A DNA stretch of 63,208 nt, the filler included, from Folioceros fuciformis (lineage: Eukaryota): the NCBI GenBank assembly GCA_049999805.1. It is 33 parts of 33 records of this genome, joined end to end, with 100 filler letters (N's around TTAATTAATTAA, not from the genome) between each part and the next. Parts side by side here need not be neighbours in the genome. Positions count along the whole stretch, not along the records: positions 1 to 1,970 come from JBNGIO010004231.1; positions 2,071 to 6,348 come from JBNGIO010004232.1; positions 6,449 to 8,428 come from JBNGIO010004233.1; positions 8,529 to 10,442 come from JBNGIO010004234.1; 29 more parts are not named here. One strand, given 5' to 3'. Positions 1 through 9,410 of this stretch are shown here, in pieces. The position numbers and the translations under genes were made by a program. The notes beneath the pieces are model-generated. The model made no database searches, was not told the DNA's origin, and worked only from the letters and a program-made list of their open reading frames with translations. Within the stretch, counting starts at the first letter, position 1. Each line of letters opens with the position of its first letter.

Positions 1-550
1 TGCTTGCCCTCAGTCCCATCACCCGATCTACCTGCAATGTGGATCCAAAAGAAGAAGCAGGACAAAGAGATGGAGAGGGAAGGGGAAGAAGACAAAGCGG
101 GACAAGAAGGGAATGGAGGAGGAAGGGAGAAAGGGGGAGGGGGGCGGCCGCAACCCTGCCTGTAGCCCTAGCTAGGGCACGGCCTCTATGACCATTCAGG
201 CCAGCCAAGCAATCAGCCAGCCTGACGTCAGACCCTGACATACCCCACATATTCCCGTTCCTATGTTCAGACCATTATTTTATTATTTAATATTATTATT
301 TTATTATTTAATATTATATATCTTTAATTAATATTAAACTAATCACTAGACCTAGACTCAAACTTTCCCAACCCTATGGCCCGATACCGGACCTAAACTT
401 TCTCAGGTCTGGGACCAGACCTATACCCACTTTAATAACCAAACCAACTATTTCCTAATCAATTAACGTAATTAGCACAAAGAAAAATAGGAAAAATGAC
501 CAGAAAATAAAGAAAAATTAGGAAAAAGAAGTAGAAAAAGAAAACCATAC

Positions 551-581
<31 letters not shown>

Positions 582-613
582 CAAACTACTACCCCAAACT
601 TTGGAGGTTCACA
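1..613. mobile_element. Terminal part of an abundant LTR-like repeat family (family A) ending ...CCAAACTTTGGAGGTTCACA; duplicate at 991-1603
   Basis: Homologous to 8529-9010, 14390-14860 and (reverse strand) 49296 onward. The same sharp terminus is seen at 9010, 22529, 24858, 36137 and 49296 with different flanks; TG/CA end. Confidence 0.75.
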
Positions 614-980
614 AGCTCCCTAGCAATATAGAGTGAGACAGAGTGCGAGACCTCACTTTCTCTTCTCCTCCTTTCTTTCTCCTCTCCTACTTCACCATGT
701 GGCTCCCCTAGTGCCCCTTCAACTGGTATCAGAGCTTGGTTGTGGAGCAAGATGGTGATGTTTGTACGTGCTGTGGACAAGGTGCACAAAGGCGCGACGA
801 AGGCACCGGAGTGAGTGAAGGCAACATCTTGGGGGCCCGTGTGCGTCATCCCGGGGTGCAGGGGTCTCCAGCCCCTCCGTGCTCAGGCCGTGGCAGCGCA
901 GGGCACCCAGGAGGGTGCCGCCGTGCCACCCTGCAGTGCGGGGCGCCAGACGCGGCGCGCCAAGCCACTCGGGGCGCGTG
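614..980 (+). mobile_element. LTR 3' end, tRNA-Met PBS and 5' leader of a probable Copia element interrupted by family A; duplicate 1604-1970
   Basis: ...CCTTCA-AC-TGGTATCAGAGC (PBS 724-735). Flanking sequence resembles 17237-17310, where the leader leads into a Copia-type gag. Confidence 0.7.
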
Positions 981-1540
981 NNNNNNNNNNTGCTTGCCCT
1001 CAGTCCCATCACCCGATCTACCTGCAATGTGGATCCAAAAGAAGAAGCAGGACAAAGAGATGGAGAGGGAAGGGGAAGAAGACAAAGCGGGACAAGAAGG
1101 GAATGGAGGAGGAAGGGAGAAAGGGGGAGGGGGGCGGCCGCAACCCTGCCTGTAGCCCTAGCTAGGGCACGGCCTCTATGACCATTCAGGCCAGCCAAGC
1201 AATCAGCCAGCCTGACGTCAGACCCTGACATACCCCACATATTCCCGTTCCTATGTTCAGACCATTATTTTATTATTTAATATTATTATTTTATTATTTA
1301 ATATTATATATCTTTAATTAATATTAAACTAATCACTAGACCTAGACTCAAACTTTCCCAACCCTATGGCCCGATACCGGACCTAAACTTTCTCAGGTCT
1401 GGGACCAGACCTATACCCACTTTAATAACCAAACCAACTATTTCCTAATCAATTAACGTAATTAGCACAAAGAAAAATAGGAAAAATGACCAGAAAATAA
1501 AGAAAAATTAGGAAAAAGAAGTAGAAAAAGAAAACCATAC

Positions 1541-1571
<31 letters not shown>

Positions 1572-1970
1572 CAAACTACTACCCCAAACTTTGGAGGTTC
1601 ACAAGCTCCCTAGCAATATAGAGTGAGACAGAGTGCGAGACCTCACTTTCTCTTCTCCTCCTTTCTTTCTCCTCTCCTACTTCACCATGTGGCTCCCCTA
1701 GTGCCCCTTCAACTGGTATCAGAGCTTGGTTGTGGAGCAAGATGGTGATGTTTGTACGTGCTGTGGACAAGGTGCACAAAGGCGCGACGAAGGCACCGGA
1801 GTGAGTGAAGGCAACATCTTGGGGGCCCGTGTGCGTCATCCCGGGGTGCAGGGGTCTCCAGCCCCTCCGTGCTCAGGCCGTGGCAGCGCAGGGCACCCAG
1901 GAGGGTGCCGCCGTGCCACCCTGCAGTGCGGGGCGCCAGACGCGGCGCGCCAAGCCACTCGGGGCGCGTG

Positions 1971-2070
1971 NNNNNNNNNNNNNNNNNNNNNNNNNNNNNN
2001 NNNNNNNNNNNNNNTTAATTAATTAANNNNNNNNNNNNNNNNNNNNNNNNNNNNNNNNNNNNNNNNNNNN
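1971..2070. other. Artificial scaffold linker (N44-TTAATTAATTAA-N44); first of 32 such linkers
   Basis: The same 100-nt spacer recurs between all scaffolds (e.g. 6349-6448, 8429-8528, 61300-61399). TTAATTAATTAA gives stops in all six frames. Confidence 0.98.
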
Positions 2071-2628
2071 TTTCTTGGGCACTACCACGATGGGAGCCAC
2101 CCAATCACTGGTGCAGACGGGGTAAATTACTCCCGCCTCCAGATACTGGTCTAGTTGCTCTTTCACCACCATTGAATACTTTGGATTCAACCGATATTGC
2201 TTCACCCTCACCGGAGTACTTCCTTCCTTCAGGTCGATACGATGGATTGCCAACTCTTCTGGTATTCCAGTCATGTCGGTTACTTTGAACGCGAATACAT
2301 CAATGTATTCCTGTAGGAGGGCCTTCAGTCCCTCTCGCTCCTCGGGCCGCAAATGTTTGGACACTTTGACACACTTACCAGGCTCAAGTTCCATTTCTTC
2401 CACCGCATCGGGATCGACATAGACCCCCTCGGGACTGCTGCCTACACTCGTCCCGGATCCCCATTCAAGAAAATCCCGATCAAAAGCTCGCCCCTTCCAA
2501 AAAGCGAGCCTTCCCTCCGACCTTCGTCTTCCTCCCCGGGGCTCTCCTTCCAGACGATGGGTGTTTCCGCGAGCGGAGGCGGGCCCTCCTTGGTTCTGTC
2601 CTCCACGATCGCATCCACCCGATAGCAC
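2071..2628 (-). pseudogene. pol: Gypsy reverse transcriptase N-terminal region, truncated at the contig end
   Basis: LLQEYIDVFAF...MTGIPEELAIHRIDL...PVRVKQYRLNPKY...LEAGVIYPV..SDWVAPIVVVPKK, the typical Gypsy RT start. Confidence 0.9.
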
Positions 2629-2756
2629 CGTGGGTCGTCTGCATGCCTCTCCTCCGCATAGAGTCCTTGATATGCCCCCGAGGAGCTGTCGCCTGTTCCT
2701 CCGGAAGTGTAACCTGCTGTGGGCGGTTCAGTCTCCCCTCCGTAGGGCGCTCTGCT

Positions 2757-3521
2757 CTAGGAGACGAAAGCGGTTCCCTTGGCCCCTGCTTGTCGAGTTG
2801 TAAAGGTGACGCCTCGCCTCCCGAAATCGAAGACACAAGCGGTGCCGTACAGCCATGGCCTTCCCAGGAGAATCTTATACCCCAAATCAGACACAGGTCG
2901 CATAACGATGTAGGTCAGATAGAAGGTGACTCCTCCAGTCACTGTGGGCACATCCCGAAGTACTCCCAAGGGTTTCCTCTTGGTTTGATCAGCCATGCGT
3001 AGATAAACTCGGGTTGGTGTGAACTCCATAAAACCCAGACGATGCATTGTTTATTCAGTCATCAAGTTGACCCCAGACCCGGTATCCAGTGGTACCTCCG
3101 AGATTAGGCAGCCTACCACCTCAATCTCGATTTCAAGTGCCCCGCGATCCACCAACTCCACTAGATTGACCTCTGCGAACGCGTTCTTCGCAGTTAAGGG
3201 GTCCGGAATTCCACGAATTGTCTCCTTCACAATCTTGTGAGATCTTGGGCTGACTGCCAATAGTTGCCGCAGGCTAATCACGAACTCATGGTCGAGAAGG
3301 GCGTCTGCAAAGTTTGCGATCTGGTCCGAGAGGGTTGGTCGCCCTGACCTGCCGTCGTCGTTTCCTTGATCCCCATGCAACCTTGAAACCACTTCCGAGT
3401 GAGCGGGGCTCGAAGGCTGGGCAAGTTCACCTCCATTCGTCCCTTCGGGTAGTTCCCCGAAACTCACTTGCCGCGGCTGGTGTGTTAGCCCCCGTAACTC
3501 CTCCTCCAACATCGTCGCCAC
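2757..3521 (-). pseudogene. pol: Gypsy aspartic protease (retropepsin) with an in-frame stop
   Basis: PLDTGSGVNLM active-site motif and ILLGRPWL motif in the same frame, separated by TAA at 3051-3053. Confidence 0.88.
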
Positions 3522-3694
3522 CTCGCGACTGATGTCGCGGGAAATCCTCGATCTTCTTCTGGCAACGCGGCTGGGCTAGCTTCTGAAGCCCCCGTGCCCC
3601 TTGCCTCGGGCTCCCCAGATGCTCCGGCGTCTTCCGTTGGCGCGATCTCACCCTCCCGAGGACTGCTATGAATCTCGGGTGGCCAAGGGGAATC

Positions 3695-5654
3695 TTACCT
3701 GACCTTTCGCTTCTTCTTCTCCCCTTTTTCGCGACGCCTCTCCCGGTACTGCAGCTCCCACGCTCTTCTCCCAGAGCGCGTGGTGACTCTCACCACGTCC
3801 AATCCTTCCCCATCACTGACCTCGCCAACGTAGCCTTCTTCCACGATTCCCGAGTAGACATGGGTATCCTTCATCGTGTCAAACTCTGCCGCAACCTGCA
3901 TAGCAGGAGTCACGGTGATAGCTGTCTCGGTGTTCACGGGAGATCCGTCCGCCGCAGAGTTAGAAGCTTTGACCCCTGGTTGAGATGGGACAACACGTGG
4001 GATGCCTGAACAGCGTGGATCACCCGCTTTGTGGCCAAGTTCCTTGCACACTTGACAAAACGGAACGTACCCCATCTACCGCCTTAGCTCGAGACATTCA
4101 TGGGCATAATGACCAGGTGCACCACAATTATAGCAGCACCCGGCTGGAACTGACATCGGTCGTTGAGATGAGTCAGGCCTCCAATGGCCTGGCGTAATCG
4201 GGCGCGGCCCATACCGCATGGCTGGGGGTGCCATCGGTTGATAGGTGGCTCTCATCAATTGGGGTGGATGGGCCGCTGTGACTGCCTGCACTTGATAGGT
4301 CTCATCGACATACCAATAATCTCCAGGCGCATACGCGCCCACCTGGTTGACCACATGTCTTGGTGCCTTGGGGCACTCACGCTTGGTGTGTCCTGCTTGA
4401 TGACATATGGAACAGTACACCGACTGCCTAGCCGGAGAGGGAGATCGTCATGGAGCCTAATTTTTCACCGCCTTGACCTCCAACTCCGTCAACCGCCTGG
4501 TCAGGGCCTCCAAATGATCCGTGAGGNNNNNNNNNNNNNNNNNNNNNNNNNNNNNNNNNNNNNNNNNNNNNNNNNNNNNNNNNNNNNNNNNNNNNNNNNN
4601 NNNNNNNNNNNNNNNNNNNNNNNNNNCTCCATCCTATTAGAACTCTTGTTCTTCCTCTCCTTCTCGGCTGCTCTCTCAGAATCCTCCTAGCGCTTCCTTT
4701 TTGGGCGTTCGAGATCCTTCTTCAACCCACGTTCGTAAGCGCGGTCGGACTCGTCGTCCATCGAGTTGCCTGAGATGGTGCTTCCCTGCTCCGTGTCTGA
4801 CGTGGAAGAAGACGTAGAGGGACGCGATGGCGAAGAAGAACTGGAGTACCTCACGTCCTTGACCTTCCCCCGCTCCTTCCTCTTCTTCCGCTTCCCATAC
4901 TCAGCCAGCTCATAATCTTCGGCCGCCTTCAGACATTCTTGCAGAGTGGTGGTCCCCAGTCGGCAATGGGTGTCCATAGCATCAGGGAGTCCACTTGCAA
5001 ACCAATCCAACGCTTGCTCGTCAGAAAAACCAGGGGTGGATGGACCACTGAGAACGGCTGGCGTGCACCTTGGGACATGCTCCAAGTATCCGTAGAACCT
5101 TTCTACGTAATCGCGCAGGGACTCCTTCCTTCCCCTATGTAGGTTCTTCAAATGAGAGAGCGCATGGCTCTCGGAGTTCAAACCCATGAATCGCATGAGG
5201 AATGCTGCCTTCAAAGCATTCCAATCAGCAGGTGGCACACTTCCGTAGGTCCTGTTGTACCACTGCTGAGCACATCCTCTCAAAAGGCCTGGGAAAATCC
5301 TAAGCCTATCAGCCACCGCGTCCTCCAAATTTGCACACGACACATGCTCAAAGGTGCGAGCAAAAGCTTCTACATCATCGCTCCTCTTCTTGTCCCAAAT
5401 TTGGTGTACTGCTGACGACTGTGGAGGTGAACTGCCCCTCCCCTAGCCGTGGCTGCAGGCGTGCCTCCACTCATGCTGGAAATTCCGGCTAGATGCAAAA
5501 TCGGGGTTCCCCGCCCACGACCTGCCGTGGCGGGTTGTGCCACTATGGTTGATGCGACTGGAGTAGGTGGCATCCTTGCAAACGAAGACTCAGGCGCTGG
5601 AATAAAGAGGGCCTCTGCACGGTTCTCTCTCAGTTCTGCAATGAGTTCTTCCAA
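3695..5654 (-). pseudogene. gag: Gypsy gag (capsid-like core plus CCHC zinc knuckles), disrupted
   Basis: FPGLLRGCAQQWY...WNALKAAFLMRF...ESLRDYVERF core; knuckles CSICHQAGHTKREC, CYNCGAPGHYAHEC, CQVCKELGHKAGDPRC; 1-nt frameshift near 5396; in-frame TAG at 4076-4078. Confidence 0.88.
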
Positions 5655-5953
5655 AACGTCCCAAAACCGCGTTTAACCTTGCCTTCCTAGCGTCTCCCGT
5701 TCTTCTTCGCTGGAAACAGCAAAGTCTTCCTCCTCCTCAAGGGTATTAGGGCTGGGCGTGAAGGCAATGTCTCCCCTCCTCGCCTGTGCTTCACTCGCAG
5801 CAGCGTCTCTCAGTTGGTTTCTGCGGGCTGCTCTTCGCTCTCGATTTGATGTGGTCGGCAGTGCCCTTCCTCTACCACGTCCGCCTCTTCCTTCACCAAA
5901 CATTAGCGGTTTCTTGCACGCAAGCCATGCACACAGAACCAGGGACAAAATCC

Positions 5954-5972
5954 CTCCCCGGCAACGGTGCCA
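5954..5972 (-). promoter_or_regulatory. Primer-binding site complementary to the tRNA-Asp 3' end
   Basis: TGGCACCGTTGCCGGGGA is complementary (1 mismatch) to the plant tRNA-Asp(GUC) end ...UCCCCGGCAACGGCGCCA and lies 4 nt after the LTR-terminal CA. Confidence 0.85.
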
Positions 5973-6448
5973 AAAATGTGGTGGAAAAAACCCTGGGACA
6001 CCCAGGGGCTTCCCTTTAGCAGCCACACCTATCCCGCTGTCGTGTAGTCTAGCAGGTTTCGTTCCCTCGAAGGAGGGCCTGCCCCAGTTGTGTGTGAACG
6101 ACTCTACTCGTACCTCTCTTCTACCACGACCCTCGTGAGCTTGAATACACCTCCTGCCTCCCAACCATGCCTCTGCTGTCGGCGACTCACTCCGGTAGGA
6201 CACCCACGTTTCTCACTCTCTTCCCCGGTTACTTCCTTGTGTCCAGTCCAACACTTCCTCTCTTGCTCTCGTCTCTTCTTCTCCTCGATCTAATTCTCCC
6301 CAACCAGCCTTCCCTTCTCAACTCAACTCCCTCAACTCCTCTACTCCANNNNNNNNNNNNNNNNNNNNNNNNNNNNNNNNNNNNNNNNNNNNTTAATTAA
6401 TTAANNNNNNNNNNNNNNNNNNNNNNNNNNNNNNNNNNNNNNNNNNNN

Positions 6449-6960
6449 TGCATCACCCTCGCAGGAATTGCGGGGCGTCTCCAGAGCATCATTCAGACTG
6501 TCTTTAGCTGAGGAGTATTGAGCCATCTCCTCGACTTCCTCCTCTTTGTTGTGTTGTGGAACAAATGGTGCCTCCTCTTCCGAAACCTCAGGTTGCATAC
6601 GAGGCATCTTCTGCTTGTCTTTCACGAATCCCACTGCACGAGTGCTAAGGACTCTGAATTCTACTTGCACCGATTTCCGCTGCCGCTCCCTTGCAAGCCG
6701 CGCTACAAGAGCCTTGTTCTTGAGCACTGCGTCTCCTACACATCACAAAAATGTTCGACAAAATTGTTCTCCACCCTAATTAATGAAAAACCAAACACAA
6801 AAGTTAGGGTTTACGATAATTCTCGATAATGGCATTTTAACCTTTTAAGCTGCTAAGACCACTTACATCCTTCAATAAAAGACAATCTCTTAGCGCGTTT
6901 TTCATCCACAGCGGTTCGCATCGGCGAGGTATGGCTTTCGCAATATTCACAACCTCTAAA
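6449..6960 (-). pseudogene. Two-exon fragment of an unknown protein gene (91-nt GT-AG intron 6866-6776); duplicate 7444-7955
   Basis: GTAAGT donor and T-rich ...TTAG acceptor join ...RDCLLLKD to GGEQFCRTFL*CVGDAVLKNKALV... in frame with ORF 6401-6727; one TGA at 6743-6745. Confidence 0.5.
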
Positions 6961-6983
6961 TTGTGACTGTCATAGTCATCCGT

Positions 6984-7433
6984 AATGTGGCAGATTGACA
7001 GATTGAGTTTCAGCTAGATGATAAAATTCGACCTTGTACAAAGGAAGTAGTTTGTAAACTTGAACCTGTGTGTAATAAACTTATAACGTTGAGTTCGTCT
7101 GAGTATGGATTGGTTGTGGTTGAACTGTTTGCTGGAATTGCATTTGGCTGTGTTGGCTGCTGGGTATGTGGTTAAACATTACATTTATTATGATCCAGAT
7201 GAAGTTTGTTAGGCGATTACAAAGGCAAGAGTGTTCAAATTATGTAAAAAGTATCATGAACAATTAAAGGTTGAAGCTATGAAGCAAGCGTTTTCTGTTT
7301 GGCTGCAGGATGTTAGGCTTATTGGATTGATACAATTTCGAGTGGAAGAAGAAATTGATGTAATAATCGCTGGTTGGGAATGTCACGGGCATTCAATGGC
7401 AGGCAAGGGAAAGGGCATGTTAGATTATAGATC
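6984..7433 (+). pseudogene. C5-cytosine DNA methyltransferase N-terminal catalytic region (motifs I-V), disrupted and truncated
   Basis: Motif I GLVVVELFAGIA (7107-7142); after a frameshift at about 7143: LAVLAAGYVVKHYIYYDPDEVC* (motif II), QDV (III), IDVIIAGWECHGHSMAGKGKG (IV, Cys codon 7381-7383), DYRS (V). Stops at 6996-6998 and 7210-7212. Confidence 0.85.
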
Positions 7434-7978
7434 NNNNNNNNNNTGCATCACCCTCGCAGGAATTGCGGGGCGTCTCCAGAGCATCATTCAGACTGTCTTT
7501 AGCTGAGGAGTATTGAGCCATCTCCTCGACTTCCTCCTCTTTGTTGTGTTGTGGAACAAATGGTGCCTCCTCTTCCGAAACCTCAGGTTGCATACGAGGC
7601 ATCTTCTGCTTGTCTTTCACGAATCCCACTGCACGAGTGCTAAGGACTCTGAATTCTACTTGCACCGATTTCCGCTGCCGCTCCCTTGCAAGCCGCGCTA
7701 CAAGAGCCTTGTTCTTGAGCACTGCGTCTCCTACACATCACAAAAATGTTCGACAAAATTGTTCTCCACCCTAATTAATGAAAAACCAAACACAAAAGTT
7801 AGGGTTTACGATAATTCTCGATAATGGCATTTTAACCTTTTAAGCTGCTAAGACCACTTACATCCTTCAATAAAAGACAATCTCTTAGCGCGTTTTTCAT
7901 CCACAGCGGTTCGCATCGGCGAGGTATGGCTTTCGCAATATTCACAACCTCTAAATTGTGACTGTCATAGTCATCCGT

Positions 7979-8428
7979 AATGTGGCAGATTGACAGATTG
8001 AGTTTCAGCTAGATGATAAAATTCGACCTTGTACAAAGGAAGTAGTTTGTAAACTTGAACCTGTGTGTAATAAACTTATAACGTTGAGTTCGTCTGAGTA
8101 TGGATTGGTTGTGGTTGAACTGTTTGCTGGAATTGCATTTGGCTGTGTTGGCTGCTGGGTATGTGGTTAAACATTACATTTATTATGATCCAGATGAAGT
8201 TTGTTAGGCGATTACAAAGGCAAGAGTGTTCAAATTATGTAAAAAGTATCATGAACAATTAAAGGTTGAAGCTATGAAGCAAGCGTTTTCTGTTTGGCTG
8301 CAGGATGTTAGGCTTATTGGATTGATACAATTTCGAGTGGAAGAAGAAATTGATGTAATAATCGCTGGTTGGGAATGTCACGGGCATTCAATGGCAGGCA
8401 AGGGAAAGGGCATGTTAGATTATAGATC
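7979..8428 (+). pseudogene. Exact duplicate of the C5 DNA methyltransferase fragment (assembly duplication)
   Basis: Identical to 6984-7433, offset 995. Confidence 0.8.
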
Positions 8429-8528
8429 NNNNNNNNNNNNNNNNNNNNNNNNNNNNNNNNNNNNNNNNNNNNTTAATTAATTAANNNNNNNNNNNNNNNN
8501 NNNNNNNNNNNNNNNNNNNNNNNNNNNN

Positions 8529-9010
8529 CCGCAACCCCTGCCTCTAGCCCGAGCTAGGGTACAGCCTCCATGACCGTTCAGGCCAGCCAGGCAATCAGCC
8601 AGCCAGACGTAAGATCATGACCCCTGACACTGACATACCCCACATATTCCCGTTCCTATGTTCAGACCATTATTTTTTATTTTATATATTCTATTATTAT
8701 TTAATCATTTAATATTATATATCTTTAATTAATATTAAACTAATCACCAGACCTAGACTCAAACTTTCCCAACCCTATGGCCCGGTACCGGACCTAAACT
8801 TTCCCAGGTCTGGGATCAGACCTGTACCCACTTTAATAACCAAACCAACTATTTCCTAGTCAATTAACCTAATTGGTAGAAAGCAAAATAGGAAAAATGA
8901 CCAGAAAATGAAAAAAAGGAAAAAGAAGTAGAAAAAGAAAACCAAACCATACCACTATTAATCCTTTTTCAACCAAAACATACTACTATCCCAAACTTTG
9001 GAGGTTCACA
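8529..9010. mobile_element. Family A LTR-like terminus; duplicate 9491-9972
   Basis: High similarity to 148-613, same GGAGGTTCACA end. Confidence 0.75.
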
Positions 9011-9056
9011 TGTGTACTTGTACACACCTAAAAAACACCATCTACGAACACCAACC

Positions 9057-9137
9057 TCGTTGTAGTATACTGGTTCAAATATAGAATTTGGACCTTGCAA
9101 CCTTGGGGTTCAACTACGACCCGGGTTCAAATACCGA
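9057..9137 (+). repeat. tRNA-Asp-derived (SINE-like or pseudo-tRNA) unit; second unit at 9411-9480
   Basis: TCGTTGTAGTATA(C/G)TGGT matches the 5' end/A-box of plant tRNA-Asp; GACCCGGGTTC matches its T-arm/B-box. No intact anticodon arm or acceptor 3' strand. Confidence 0.6.
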
Positions 9138-9217
9138 GACTTACTTGCTTTTATGAAGCATCATCATATTGTGCAATAGCTAATTTTTTTTACTTGTGTT
9201 TAAACCTAAATAAAAGA

Positions 9218-9410
9218 TAAGTGCACATCTAGGAAACACCAACGGCGAACAACAACCTAAACAACAAATAAGTGCACATCTAGAAAACACCAATGGCAAA
9301 CAACAACCTAAACAACAAATAAGTGCACAACTAGAAAACACCAATGGCGAACAACAACCTAAACAACAGATAAGTGCACATCTAGAAAACACCAATGGTG
9401 AACAACAACC
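9218..9410. repeat. 51-bp tandem repeat, about 4 copies
   Basis: TAAGTGCACATCTAGAAAACACCAATGGCGAACAACAACCTAAACAACAAA with period 51; it produces the repetitive ORF 9180-9395. Confidence 0.9.

Larger units (their letters stand above)
2071..6348 (-). mobile_element. Degenerate Ty3/Gypsy LTR retrotransposon (non-chromovirus, Athila/Tat-like), 5' half: LTR, PBS, gag, protease, RT start
   Basis: LTR 5977-6348 ends ...CCACA; PBS TGGCACCGTTGCCGGGGAG at 5954-5972; gag core; three Zn knuckles; protease; RT N-terminus; several stops and frameshifts; 100-N gap at 4527-4626. Confidence 0.92.

Noticed and set aside
554-581. Poly(A) tail of a retroposed element
   Set aside because: The A-run lies inside family A, 32 nt from its end, replacing sequence present in other copies; more likely homopolymer expansion or an assembly error.
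981-990. Duplicated contigs as circular DNAs (eccDNA, plasmids, viruses) or true tandem duplications
   Set aside because: The pattern affects all sequence types equally, and contig ends cut genes mid-frame.
4076-4078. Programmed stop-codon readthrough within gag, or U-to-C editing of TE stops
   Set aside because: The paralog has CAA (Gln) at 22751-22753. The stops are simply explained by C-to-T decay, and U-to-C editing is organellar.
9057-9137. Functional tRNA-Asp gene
   Set aside because: No GTC anticodon stem-loop and no complementary acceptor-stem 3' strand.
9218-9410. CRISPR-like array, or a Cys-rich repeat peptide (ORF 9180-9395)
   Set aside because: Units are contiguous with no unique spacers and no cas genes; the ORF is a by-product of the 51-bp period.
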